This document shows, piece by piece, positions 43,165-53,213 of a stretch of 64,000 nucleotides of DNA (position 1 is the first letter of the stretch; the number at the start of each line of letters is the position of its first letter). Both the position numbers and the translations under genes were made by a program. The stretch comes from Spirochaetia bacterium (GTDB taxonomy: Bacteria > Spirochaetota > Spirochaetia > SZUA-6 > Bin103). The notes beneath the pieces were generated by a model, which was given only the letters and a program-made list of their open reading frames with translations, ran no database searches and had not been told where the DNA came from. The stretch covers positions 1,856,001 through 1,920,000 of the forward strand of contig CBDAOI010000004.1 of assembly GCA_965198005.1 (NCBI GenBank). The letters run 5' to 3'.

Positions 43165-43460
43165 TCATGAACCGCCGGCCGGCGGCGGTTCCCAAAGCAC
43201 GTCGAGCGCCGCCGCCAGGTCGAGCGACTCCCCGTACCACTCCGGCGTCGCCGTATGCGGGCCGATCGTGATCCCCGCCTGCCGCAGCCGCGCCTCGGTC
43301 GGCTCCAGCGGCGCCCCTTGCCAGCGAGGCGCCACCGGCACCGCCGGCAGCGGCGCACCATCCGGCCGCCGGAACACAAGCTGCCCATCCGCGCCAGAGA
43401 CCACCTGAAACCCCTCCTCGTGCACCGCCCGGTGGTGGTAGCGACACACGAGAACTAATG
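43165..43460 (-). pseudogene. C-terminal fragment of a DUF222/HNH endonuclease protein
   Basis: LVLVCRYHHRAVHEEGF...FRRPDG...TATPEWYGESLDL. Confidence 0.75.
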
Positions 43461-43481
43461 CGGTGCACCGCATTAGTTCTC
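43450..43481. repeat. Perfect 32-bp palindrome at the IS boundary
   Basis: GAGAACTAATGCGGTG|CACCGCATTAGTTCTC, no spacer. Confidence 0.95.
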
Positions 43482-44328
43482 TCTGGGGTATCCATTTAAC
43501 CGGAGTAGTCCGGCCCGGCTGTTCTCCACGGGCGGTTCGCTGGAGGCCGCACCAAACTCGGCGGGTGCCCGCGCACTCGCGGGGGCGTTGGCGGGACTTT
43601 CCGAGGTCGACGGTTGGCGATGGGGTCCTGGTAGCGCACGGAGTCGTGGGCAACGGCGAGCTAGAGCACACGAAAGAAGACCATTCCCCGGCTCCGGGAG
43701 CGCCGACGGTTGAAGCGGAACACGAACTCGTTGAGGTAGCTGGCCAAGTGCGTCTCTTGCGCTGAGCCCTGATGGGTGCCGAGCAGCCACCGCTTCGCCA
43801 GTGAGCTGACCTGATGCACCGCAGGAAGCAGCTTGCCGGTCTCCTCTCCGCGGGACCGGGCGGCTCGCTGGCTGCGTCGGTCGTGGAAGTAGCCGAGCTT
43901 CTCCAGTCCGCCCGCAGCCGATGCAGCATGGTCCATGCCGTCTGGTAGGAGCCGATCTCCAGCGTCCGCTTCAGGCTCAGCGCCGAATTCCCATCCTTGC
44001 CGGTGGCAAACAGCCAGCAGGCAGTGAACCACACCGTCAACGGCGTTCGTGTCCGGTCGAAAATCGTGCCCGCGGTCACCGAGGTACGGCTTTCGCACCC
44101 GGAGCACATGAGCCTACCGTCACCGATCCGCCACGCCCCATGGTGACCACACGCCGGGCAGCCGAAGCCGGTGGGCCACCGCAGCCACTCCAGGTAGTCC
44201 AGGCAGTCCTCATCGCTCTGGAACCATGCCTGGAACTCGCCCACGGATCTTGGATAGTGCACGCCGGCGCGCGGGTGATCCATCGCCCCAGCTTACACGA
44301 CGGACTCCGGTTAAATGGATACCCCAGA
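43482..44328 (-). mobile_element. Defective IS1595-family insertion sequence
   Basis: Perfect 25-bp inverted repeats TCTGGGGTATCCATTTAACCGGAGT (43482-43506) and its complement (44304-44328); transposase remnants inside; no target duplication. Confidence 0.9.
43496..44283 (-). pseudogene. IS1595-family transposase, DDE core deleted plus nonsense codon
   Basis: Zn-ribbon (LRWPTGFGCPACG...CSGC..SVTAGTIF), YQTAWTMLHRLR joined near 43910 to C-terminal KRWLLGTHQG..YLNEFVFRFNRR; TAG at 43661. Confidence 0.88.
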
Positions 44329-45646
44329 CTGCAGAAATGGGCATATCGGTCTCGAAGCCGTCGGGGTAACCAGCCTCCGCCAGAAGCTGCTTCGCCTTCT
44401 CCGGGTTATAGGTGAATGTCTCCTGAACCTCCGGTGAAAACTCCGCAATCTGTTTGATGTATCGTTTGGGCCACGGTAACGAGAGTGTGGGGTACGGATA
44501 CTCCTCTGCATTGCCACCATAGTAGTCAACCGCTATCTCTTCGGTATTCACGGCCATCGCTATGGCACGTCTCACCAGGATGTCGTCGAAGGGTTCTCTG
44601 TCAACACGTATGCTGAACCCCCAGGCGTTCCCCCCTGATCCCGCAACCTCGAGATAGTTGAGCTCGGGGTTTGTTTGCTGGAGACCTTCTGCCGTCCTCC
44701 AATCGATATTCTGCTGTTGCCCGCCCGCTAGAGCGATCTTGCCCGTCCGCAATGCCGCCATACGTGTGGATTCATCCGGCAACATCAGATAATTGAGCTC
44801 GTCGGCGTACGGTAACTGCAACTCATGGTCCGGATAACGCGGATCATTCTCCCAGTAGTCGGGATTCCTTGAATACTGCACTCTGGAGCCCGGCACGTAG
44901 TCGACCAGCATCCAGGCGCCGGTGCCGACCGCATTACGCCAATCCTCGAGGTCGCCATATTGCTTGACGACTTCGGGGGGTTGGATAACAAGGCCGCAGC
45001 CGAAGCACATCACGGCGAATGCCAAGAATGGCCGCGGGGTTTCGGTAACGATCTTTACCGTGTATCTGTCAGGTGCGGTTACCTCCGAGCCGGTCAGCCA
45101 TTCGACGTGAACGTCCCCCAGGTGCGGACTCTGTTCGGTATATCCACTGCCCAGGCCATACTGACGATGAAGGGTAAAGACTACGTCATCCGCAGTAAGT
45201 TCTCGACCATTCATCGGCTCTTTGTTCTGCCACTTTATACCCTGCCTGACGTTAATGGTGAGGGTCAAGGGATCGCTCTGCTCCCAGCTTTCAGCTATGA
45301 TCCCGTACCACTGATCCCACGTGAACATTGGACTTTGGAACTGATTATCTTCGATCGGTGTTCTAATGTCGACGGCGCCAAAAGCTTGGTAAATCCCGGC
45401 GGTAAACGGTGTCCCGGTCTGGTGATAGCGCCACTGATCCCAAGAATCGACCGCGGTGAATGCAGTAGCGATATTGAGCACACCGCCGTGTTGCGGCTTC
45501 GGCACGGTTTCACCTTGCCAGTTTACCACCATCTCTTGCTCCGTAGCGGCTTCCCCTTCTTCTTCGCCGCTTGCCCACAGTACGGTTGCGGCGGAAACGA
45601 GGATTACGGCCAGGACACTGGTCCATTTGTAGCGATTCATAGTCAC
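44329..45646 (-). pseudogene. Family-5 ABC substrate-binding protein truncated by the IS
   Basis: AGGAGG RBS, leader VLWASGEEE, IAESWEQ, PMNGRELTADD, VGTGAW, PFDDILVRRA, EAGYPDGF then the IS inverted repeat. Confidence 0.88.
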
Positions 45647-45884
45647 TACCTCCTAATTTGCGTTGTTTCGCGTCGATGATTCGATGAGTCGAATCACTGA
45701 GAGGGTTGCGAGCTGGCGTTCGGCCAGCCGCGGTGAGTCGGCGGACAGTGCTCCTCTCCAGCGCGTGCGCGCAAGCCTCCTGTCAAGCGTCTTCGGCGCA
45801 GGGAAGCAGATGGGCGCATTTTTTTGCGGATTTGCTGTCCATTCTCCGGTAGCCACGCGGTTGCGCCTGGATTACGGTTGACGC

Positions 45885-46369
45885 ATGGCACCGGCATTGC
45901 CGCCGCACGACGAGATGCTGGCGGCGTTCAACCGACGGGACAGGCTGCTGGCGCTGGCGCCGGTGGAGACGCCGCTGGGCATGATGCTGCTCGGGGCCGC
46001 GCGCGGCAAGCTGTGTCTGGCCGAGTTCACCGACCGGGGCCGCCTGGAAGCGCAACTGCGGCGCGTGCGGCAGCGCCTGGATGCCACGCCGGTGCCGGGA
46101 CGCGACTATCCCATCGAGTGCGCGGCAGCGCAGCTTGCAGAGTACTTCGCCGGCGCCCGGCACCAATTCGAGCTGCCCCTGTGGCCGGCGGGCACTCCGT
46201 TGCAGCGCCGCGTGTGGGAGTCGCTGCTTGAGATTCCTTACGGCGAAACCCGGACCTACGGCGAGGTCGCGGCGGCGCCCTGACCGGCTACGGCGGCGGC
46301 CTGTGGCGCAAACAGCGCCTCCTGCCCCTGGAACGGGAACACTGCATCGCCTCGCGCCTCATCCCGTAG
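45885..46369 (+). pseudogene. Ada/Ogt methylated-DNA-protein-cysteine methyltransferase with two internal deletions
   Basis: Ada-like start EMLAAFNRRD fused to ETPLG...IPYGETRTYGEVA, then out-of-frame LTGYGGGLWRKQRLL; PCHR active site absent. Confidence 0.85.
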
Positions 46370-46459
46370 CGGCTCATCGCATCATCGCATCACCCGGACG
46401 GATTGCCGCAGCGCGTGCGATGCGCTACGATCTGCCCCGGCGACAGGAGGATCACAGAG

Positions 46460-46858
46460 GTGTCTGATTTGGATCGGGTGCTCGACTTCGACAAGCAGGG
46501 CGGCGTGGTACCCGTGATCGCTCAGGACGACGAGACCGGCGAGGTCCTGATGGTGGCCTACATGAACCGGGAGGCATTCACGGAGACCCTGCGCACCGGC
46601 CGCGTGTGCTACTTCTCGCGCGGCCGCAACCGGTTGTGGCGCAAGGGGGAAGAGAGCGGCAACGTGCAGGAAGTGCGCAGCCTGTACGTGGACTGCGACG
46701 CGGATACGCTGCTGGTCAAGGTGCGGCAGATCGGCGGGGCGGCCTGTCACGAGGGGTACCGGAGCTGTTTCTTTCGCCGCCTCGAGGGCGACGCGTTGCA
46801 GGTCGTGGGGCAGCCGGTGTTCGATCCGCGCCAGGTCTACGCGGCAAAGTCGGGCTGA
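46460..46858 (+). CDS. hisI: Phosphoribosyl-AMP cyclohydrolase
   Basis: [35 protein letters not shown]. Confidence 0.95.
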   Translation: MSDLDRVLDFDKQGGVVPVIAQDDETGEVLMVAYMNREAFTETLRTGRVCYFSRGRNRLWRKGEESGNVQEVRSLYVDCDADTLLVKVRQIGGAACHEGYRSCFFRRLEGDALQVVGQPVFDPRQVYAAKSG

Positions 46859-46863
46859 CGCGC

Positions 46864-47745
46864 ATGCCGCGGCCGCACCGATTGAAGATCGGCATACCCG
46901 CCGGCAGCCTGCAGGAGGCGACCGCCGCCCTGTTCCGCAAGGCCGGCTACCGGATCACGTTCCCGGCGCGCTCCTACTATCCCACGATCGACGACCCGGA
47001 GATCGAGTGCATCCTGATCCGGGCGCAGGAGATCGCCCGCTACGTGCAGGACGGCGTGATGGATGCCGGTCTGACGGGACACGACTGGATCGTCGAGAAC
47101 CGGGCGCAGGTGGTCGAGGTGGCCGAGCTGGTGTTCTCGAAGGTGAGCCGGCGGCCGGTGCGCTGGGTGCTCGCGGTGCCGCAGGACTCCCCGATCCGCG
47201 GTCCGAAGGATCTGCAGGACAAGCACCTGGCGACCGAAGTGGTGAACCTCACGACCGACTATCTCGAGCGGCATGGCGTGCAGGCGCACGTGGAGTTCTC
47301 GTGGGGAGCGACCGAGGTCAAGCCGCCGCGGCTGGCCGACGCGATCGTCGAGGTCACCGAGACCGGCAGCTCGCTGCGCGCCAACAATCTCCGCATCGTC
47401 GATACGATTCTCGAGAGCACCCCGCGGCTGATCGCCAACCAGGCTTCCTGGCGCGACGGCTGGAAGCGCAAGAAGATAGAGAACATCACCCTGATGCTGC
47501 GCGGCGCCATCGCCGCCGAGGGCAAGGTGGGGCTGATGATCAACGTGCCGGTGGCGGAGAAGGACCGGGTGCTGGCGGTGCTGCCGGCGTTGCAGCGGCC
47601 CACCGTGTCCTCGCTGGCCGACGGCGCCTGGGTCGCGGTCAACACGGTGATCGACGAATCGGTGGTGCGCGATCTCATCCCGCGGCTGAAGGACGCCGGC
47701 GCCAGCGGCATCGTCGAGTACCCGCTGAACAAGATCATCGACTGA
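46864..47745 (+). CDS. hisG: ATP phosphoribosyltransferase (long form)
   Basis: [30 protein letters not shown]-terminal ACT-like domain. Confidence 0.95.
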   Translation: MPRPHRLKIGIPAGSLQEATAALFRKAGYRITFPARSYYPTIDDPEIECILIRAQEIARYVQDGVMDAGLTGHDWIVENRAQVVEVAELVFSKVSRRPVRWVLAVPQDSPIRGPKDLQDKHLATEVVNLTTDYLERHGVQAHVEFSWGATEVKPPRLADAIVEVTETGSSLRANNLRIVDTILESTPRLIANQASWRDGWKRKKIENITLMLRGAIAAEGKVGLMINVPVAEKDRVLAVLPALQRPTVSSLADGAWVAVNTVIDESVVRDLIPRLKDAGASGIVEYPLNKIID

Positions 47746-47925
47746 GCGGCGGGCGCGGGGGAGGGCCGGCGAGCGCTCGGGTGCCGGGCGTGGTATGATG
47801 CGCGGGAGATTGCCCAATGGCGTCCCTCCGCGACACCCGCGACCTCCGCGACACCCGGCACGATTCGACGGCGGCCGGGGTCCGGCGCCGGCCGGCCGGA
47901 CCTTCGTCCCTGCGCCGGAGCCGCA

Positions 47926-48549
47926 ATGGCCGTTGACGAGCAGCAGCTCCTGCCGCTGTTTCCGCTCAACGTGGTGCTGTTTCCGCAGGCGCCGCTGTCG
48001 CTGCACATCTTCGAGCAGCGCTACCGGGAGATGATGGGCAGCGTGCTGGCCAACGGCGGCGTGTTCGGCGTGATCTGTGCGGCCGGCTCGACCGTCGCCA
48101 GCGTCGGGTGCACGGCGCGCATCGTCAAGGTGCTCAAGCGCTACGACGACGGCCGCATGGACATCCTCACCGTGGGCGACCGCCGCTTCCGGGTGCGCCG
48201 CCTGCTGCGCGACCGGTCCTACCTGCAGGCCTGGGTAAGCTTCTTCTCGGACAGCGCGGTCGGCCGCGTGCAGCAACTCAAGACCCGCTGCCTGCAGCTG
48301 TTTCAGGAACTGTACGGGGCGACGCCGGGCAACATCGCCGCGCCGGAGCTGGAGCAAGCCTCGCCCGAGGTGCTGTCCTACTTCCTGGCGTACTTCAGCG
48401 ATCTGCCCCTGGTCACCAAGCAGAAGCTGCTGGAGCTGAGCCGCGCCGACGAGCGCCTGCGGCAGGAGCGCACCGCCCTGGAGCAACTGCGCAAGGAACG
48501 GCTCCGCCACAGCGTAGTCCGGAGCAACGGCCACCTCCCACCCCGTTAG
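47926..48549 (+). CDS. LON peptidase substrate-binding domain protein
   Basis: LPLFPLNVVLFP..LHIFEQRYREM, VGCTARI, DGRMDI, KQKLLE. Confidence 0.88.
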   Translation: MAVDEQQLLPLFPLNVVLFPQAPLSLHIFEQRYREMMGSVLANGGVFGVICAAGSTVASVGCTARIVKVLKRYDDGRMDILTVGDRRFRVRRLLRDRSYLQAWVSFFSDSAVGRVQQLKTRCLQLFQELYGATPGNIAAPELEQASPEVLSYFLAYFSDLPLVTKQKLLELSRADERLRQERTALEQLRKERLRHSVVRSNGHLPPR

Positions 48550-48658
48550 ACGCCGTTAGGCGACCGTACAAGGCTCTGGTCCCAACGCGCCCAACCCGCG
48601 TGGACCGATTGCGGCGCGCGCGGCGGTGCGGTAGGATGGTGGCTCGGGGGGGAGGGGA

Positions 48659-51103
48659 ATGCTGGAACAGGTCCTGGCCGAGTTGCGCGGCGACGGGCGC
48701 TTCATGCGTGGTGTCCACCATTGGGAGGTGGTTCCGGGGCGGGCCGCGCGTTGCGTGCAGTTTCCGCGCGAGGTCGACGCGCGCATCCGCGGCGCCTACG
48801 CCGAACGCGGCATCAGCCTGCTCTACACCCATCAGGCGCGCTGCTATGAGCTGGCGCGAGCGGGTCGCAACGTGGTCCTGGTCACGCCTACCGCCTCCGG
48901 CAAGACGCTGGCCTACAATCTTCCGATTCTGCAGAGCCTGCTCGAGGATGACGCGGCCACCGCGCTCTATCTGTTCCCGACCAAGGCGCTGGCCCAGGAC
49001 CAGCAGCACGCGCTGGGGCAGGTGGTGCTCGGCGGCGCGGTGCCGCTGCAGGTGTTCACCTTCGACGGGGACACGCCGAGCGCGATTCGCCCCAGGGTAC
49101 GCGCCGCGGGCCGGCTGGTGATCACCAATCCCGACATGCTGCACACCGGCATGCTGCCCAACCACCCCAAGTGGAACCGCTTCTTCCGCTCGCTGCGCTA
49201 CGTGGTGATCGACGAGCTGCACACCTATCGCGGCATCTTCGGCTCCCACCTGACCAACGTCCTGCGCCGGTTGCGGCGCATCACCACGTTCTACGGCGCG
49301 GCGCCGCGGTTCATCTGCTGCTCGGCGACCATCGGCAATCCGTTGCAGCTCGCGCAGCGGGTGCTGGGGCAGGAAGCGGAGCTGATCGACGACAACGGCG
49401 CGCCCGCCGGCGAGCGCCACTTCGTGCTGTACAACCCACCGCTGGTGGACGCGGCGCAGGGGATCCGCCGCGGCGTGGTGGTGGAGGCGCAGGCGATCGC
49501 CACGCGCTTGCTGCTGCAGGGGGTGAAGACGATCGTGTTCGCCCGGTCGCGGGTGCGCACCGAGCTGATCGCGAGCTACGTCCGCGATGCCGTGCGCCGG
49601 CGATACGACGACCGGCTGCCGGCAGCGCGCGGGCGCCTCGAGGTGGCCTCCTACCGGGGCGGCTATCTGCCGAACGAGCGGCGAGCGATCGAGCGCGGTC
49701 TGCGTAGCGGCGCGATCGCGGGCGTGGTGTCCACCACCGCGCTGGAGCTGGGCATCGACATCGGCGGGCTCGATGCGTCCGTTCTGGCCGGGTTTCCGGG
49801 CACCATCGCCTCCAGTTGGCAGCAGGCGGGGCGCGCCGGCCGCAGCAGCGCTACCTCGCTGTCGATCCTCGTGGCCTCGGCCTCGCCGATCGATCAGTTC
49901 ATCATCCGTCATCCCAAGTACTTCTTCGAGGGTTCGCCCGAACGCGGCTGGGTCGATCCGGACAACCCGTACGTGCTGCTCGACCAGCTCAAGTGCGCGG
50001 TGTTCGAGCTGCCGTTTGCGGAAGCGGAGTGGGAGGGCGCCGGCGCGGCGCCGTTCGGGCGCGAGGTCGGCGACCTGCTGGAGCACCTGGACCGCGGCGG
50101 CGTGGTGCGCCACACCGCCGCCAAGTGGTTCTGGTCGGACCGTTCCTATCCGGCCGAGAACGTATCGCTGCGGTCGGCGACCGCCGGCAACATCGTGATC
50201 GTGGATCAGACCCGGCAGCGCGGGGAGGTGATCGGGGAGATGGATCTGCCCTCCGCCAAGACGCTGTTGTTCGACGGCGCGATCTACCTGCATCGCGGCG
50301 CGCAGTACGTCGTCGCCCGTCTCGACCTCGGCAATCAGCGCTGTTACGTCGAGGAGACCGACGCCGACTACTTCACCGACGCCATCGTCAAGACCGACCT
50401 GAAGATCCTGCAGCGTGATCTGGAGGAGGACCACGCCGCGCTGCGGATGCTGTTGGGCGACATTCTGGTGCGCAACCAGTCGACCAGGTTCAAGAAGCTG
50501 CGGTTCCGGACGCACGAGAACGTCGGCTACGGCGACATCAGTCTGCCGGCGGAGGAGATGCACACCCGGGCACTCACCCTCTGGTTCCCGCCGTCTACCG
50601 GCGGCGGCGCCTATCTGGCCAGCCGCGGCGAAGCGGAACGGGCGTTCATCGTCGACCGGTTGGGCGTGCTGCTGCGCAACGTGGCGCCGGTGTTCCTGCT
50701 GTGCGATCCGCGCGATCTGGGTGTGGTGGGCAGGCTGCGCGACGCCACCCTCGAGTCTCCGGCGGTGTACGTCTACGACACCTATCCCGGCGGCTCCGGG
50801 TTGGCCGAGGGGTTGCATCAGGCGTGGCCCGCGGTGCTGGCCGGCTGCCGCGATCTGGTGGCGGCGTGCGGGTGCGCCAGCGGCTGTCCGTCGTGCATCG
50901 GACCGCCGGATGAGCAGGGCACCGGCTCCCGGCGCACGGTGCTGGAGGCGCTGCACCATCTGCTGCCGTTGCCGCCACCGCCCGGCGCCGGCAACGGCCG
51001 CGCGTCCGCCACGCGTCCGGCGGGAGCCCCGCCCGCGCCCGTGCCGCCCACTCCCGCGCCGGCCGCACGCCGCGAGCGCGCCGCGTCCCTGGTGCCCGCG
51101 TGA
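48659..51103 (+). CDS. DEAD/DEAH helicase with DUF1998 (MrfA/YprA-like)
   Basis: TPTASGKT, IDELH, SATIGNP, ALELGIDIG, QQAGRAGR, C-terminal CGCASGCPSC. Confidence 0.92.
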   Translation: MLEQVLAELRGDGRFMRGVHHWEVVPGRAARCVQFPREVDARIRGAYAERGISLLYTHQARCYELARAGRNVVLVTPTASGKTLAYNLPILQSLLEDDAATALYLFPTKALAQDQQHALGQVVLGGAVPLQVFTFDGDTPSAIRPRVRAAGRLVITNPDMLHTGMLPNHPKWNRFFRSLRYVVIDELHTYRGIFGSHLTNVLRRLRRITTFYGAAPRFICCSATIGNPLQLAQRVLGQEAELIDDNGAPAGERHFVLYNPPLVDAAQGIRRGVVVEAQAIATRLLLQGVKTIVFARSRVRTELIASYVRDAVRRRYDDRLPAARGRLEVASYRGGYLPNERRAIERGLRSGAIAGVVSTTALELGIDIGGLDASVLAGFPGTIASSWQQAGRAGRSSATSLSILVASASPIDQFIIRHPKYFFEGSPERGWVDPDNPYVLLDQLKCAVFELPFAEAEWEGAGAAPFGREVGDLLEHLDRGGVVRHTAAKWFWSDRSYPAENVSLRSATAGNIVIVDQTRQRGEVIGEMDLPSAKTLLFDGAIYLHRGAQYVVARLDLGNQRCYVEETDADYFTDAIVKTDLKILQRDLEEDHAALRMLLGDILVRNQSTRFKKLRFRTHENVGYGDISLPAEEMHTRALTLWFPPSTGGGAYLASRGEAERAFIVDRLGVLLRNVAPVFLLCDPRDLGVVGRLRDATLESPAVYVYDTYPGGSGLAEGLHQAWPAVLAGCRDLVAACGCASGCPSCIGPPDEQGTGSRRTVLEALHHLLPLPPPPGAGNGRASATRPAGAPPAPVPPTPAPAARRERAASLVPA

Positions 51104-52365
51104 GCCGGTCGCCGGGAGCGCGGCTCGGCCTGGTCGCGCCGCATCTGTCCCCCGCGCCGGTGGCCGGACCCGCGGCCGGGCGTTCGGTCCGGTCCCGGCT
51201 GCCGGCGGAGCTGCTGGACGCCGGCTGGCGCGAGGTGCGCCCATGGGTGTACTGCCGGGACCACGCGGTGCCGCGCCCGGCAGGACTGGAAGCGGCCGGC
51301 GTTCATCCCCATCTGCTGGCCGACCGGGCTCCGGTCGCACTCGAGGAGTGTCTGTTCTGGGACACGGAAACGACCGGTCTCGGCGGCGCGGGAACCGTGA
51401 TCTTCCTGGTCGGGCTCGGCTGGGCGGAGGGCGACCGGTTCCGCCTGCACCAAGTGTTTCTGGCCGACCTGCCGGGGGAACGCGCGCTGCTGGAGTATCT
51501 GCGCGGCATTTTCGCGCGCTACCGGGTGTTCGTTTCCTACAACGGCCGGGCGTTCGACGCCGCCGTTCTCCGCACCCGGTTGGTGCTGTCCGGCGTGACG
51601 ATGGCGCTCGGCTACCAGCTCGATCTGCTCTACCTGGCACGCCGCTTCTGGAAACGGATCACCGGCGACTGCCGTTTGACCACCATCGAACGGGAGGTGC
51701 TCGGCGTCGAGCGCAGCGGCGACGTGCCGGGATGGATGGTGCCCGAGATCTATTTCGACAGCCTGCGCCGCGGCCGGCTGGGTCAGTTGCCGGCGGTGTT
51801 TCGCCACAACCGGGAGGACGTCGCCAGCTTGGCGCGTCTGTTGGGCGTGATCGAACGGATTCTGCGCCCTGGTCCGGACGCCGCGGGCCGGGTGGACCGC
51901 GCCGCCGTGGGCGTGTTCCTGTTGCAGCGCGGCGATGAGCGTGGCGGTGGGTTGCTGCGGCAGGCGTACGACGCCGGCGACGCGGAGGCAGGCAGGTGGC
52001 TGAGCCTGTACCTCAAACGGCGCGGTGACTGGGCGGGCGCGGTGCGGCTCTGGGAAGACCTGCGGGCGACCCACGGCAGCCTGTTCGCGGCGGTCGAGCT
52101 GAGCAAGTTCTACGAGCATCGGGCGCGCAACCTGGAGGCGGCGCTGGGGTGCATCAGGCCGTTCCTGGTGCTGGAGCGGCGGGTGCTCGGGACGGGGACC
52201 GGGGAGCTGGCCCGGCGTGAGGCGCGCATTCGGGTCAAGCTCGCGCGCGGCCCGCAGCCCGTCACTGACGCGGCCGCCGCCGCGGCCGGCGCGGGGCTGC
52301 CGGGGCCGCCGGGGCCGCCGCCGGGGCCGCCGCAGCTACCGGCGGCGGTGCGTCAGCCGCAGTAG
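51100..52365 (+). CDS. RNase H-like exonuclease with TPR tail (MrfB/YprB-like)
   Basis: FWDTETTGL, SYNGRAFD, DLLYLARR, HNREDV, ELSKFYEH; GTGA overlap with the helicase gene. Confidence 0.88.
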   Translation: MSRSPGARLGLVAPHLSPAPVAGPAAGRSVRSRLPAELLDAGWREVRPWVYCRDHAVPRPAGLEAAGVHPHLLADRAPVALEECLFWDTETTGLGGAGTVIFLVGLGWAEGDRFRLHQVFLADLPGERALLEYLRGIFARYRVFVSYNGRAFDAAVLRTRLVLSGVTMALGYQLDLLYLARRFWKRITGDCRLTTIEREVLGVERSGDVPGWMVPEIYFDSLRRGRLGQLPAVFRHNREDVASLARLLGVIERILRPGPDAAGRVDRAAVGVFLLQRGDERGGGLLRQAYDAGDAEAGRWLSLYLKRRGDWAGAVRLWEDLRATHGSLFAAVELSKFYEHRARNLEAALGCIRPFLVLERRVLGTGTGELARREARIRVKLARGPQPVTDAAAAAAGAGLPGPPGPPPGPPQLPAAVRQPQ

Positions 52366-53213
52366 TAGCAGATGCGGTAGCGGTCCCGTTCCACGAACCC
52401 GAGGGCGTGGTACAGGCGCACGGCGGCCGCGTTCTCCAGCTTCACGAACAGCGTCGCCGACCTGCCGGCGGCGAACAGTTCCTCGAGCAGAATCGTCATC
52501 ACCGCGCGGCTGAAGCCGCGGCGCCGCTGCCCCGGCTCGGTGTACACGCCGCCGATCTGGTCCACGGCATAGCCGCGGCCGTTGGTGCTCGCCTTGGTCA
52601 CCGGTCGCCCGTCAATGGTTCCGTAGTAGCCGGTCTCGCTGCGCAGGCTGGCATGCAACCGGCGCAGGCAATCCTGTCGGCTGAACCGGGACGGCTCCAG
52701 CAGCACTTCCTCCAGTTCGTAGGCCCGTTGCAGCTCGTACAGTTTGCGCGCGTCTCCCGGACGGGCGCGCTGGATGCGCAACGCGGCGCACCGGGACTCG
52801 GGGGCGGGGGGCCGGTAGCGTGCGGCGTCCACCGTCATCAGCCGGTAGTCGACGCTGGCATCGCCGTATCCGAGCAGCTCCTGGACGCGCCGCACGTCGC
52901 TCAGGGTCCCCATCACCGAGAACGGAGAGTTGCTGTAGCCGAGGATCATTGACCGTACCTCGGGCGGCAGCGGCCGTCCGTCGCGCAGCGCCGGCAACAC
53001 CAGTCCCGAACGGGTTACCAGGAGCGCGGAGGCGGGGCTGCCGTCGGCCAGGCTCGCCACGACGCTCCAGGCACGGGCACGGCGCGGCCATTGCGGGCGT
53101 TCGCCGGCCGCTCGCAGGCGCGAGCTGAACGGGACGTAGGCCCACTCGCGGCGGCGCAAGCCGGCAGCGATGCGCTCCAGCTCGCCCGCCGCGGCCGCGC
53201 GCCAGCGGCTCAT
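52353..53213 (-). CDS. GNAT family acetyltransferase
   Basis: YELEEV, KASTNGRG..QIGGVYTEP..RRRGFS, LFVK..NAAAVRLYHALGF. Confidence 0.85.
   Translation of the reverse strand: MSRWRAAAAGELERIAAGLRRREWAYVPFSSRLRAAGERPQWPRRARAWSVVASLADGSPASALLVTRSGLVLPALRDGRPLPPEVRSMILGYSNSPFSVMGTLSDVRRVQELLGYGDASVDYRLMTVDAARYRPPAPESRCAALRIQRARPGDARKLYELQRAYELEEVLLEPSRFSRQDCLRRLHASLRSETGYYGTIDGRPVTKASTNGRGYAVDQIGGVYTEPGQRRRGFSRAVMTILLEELFAAGRSATLFVKLENAAAVRLYHALGFVERDRYRICYYCG

Noticed and set aside
43165-44283. 372-aa transposase-HNH fusion as a novel IscB/TnpB-like nuclease
   Set aside because: The middle is out-of-frame transposase sequence read through the inverted repeat and the HNH lacks its N-terminal half; a chance product of deletions
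47825-47857. CCTCCGCGACACCCG repeated with 18-bp period
   Set aside because: Only two copies; looks like a local slippage duplication with no evident function
48413-51640. 1075-aa minus-strand ORF and many other long alternative ORFs (e.g. 27830-30178, 4099-6045, 57324-59321)
   Set aside because: Antisense or shifted shadows of motif-bearing genes, expected at this GC content; no motifs of their own
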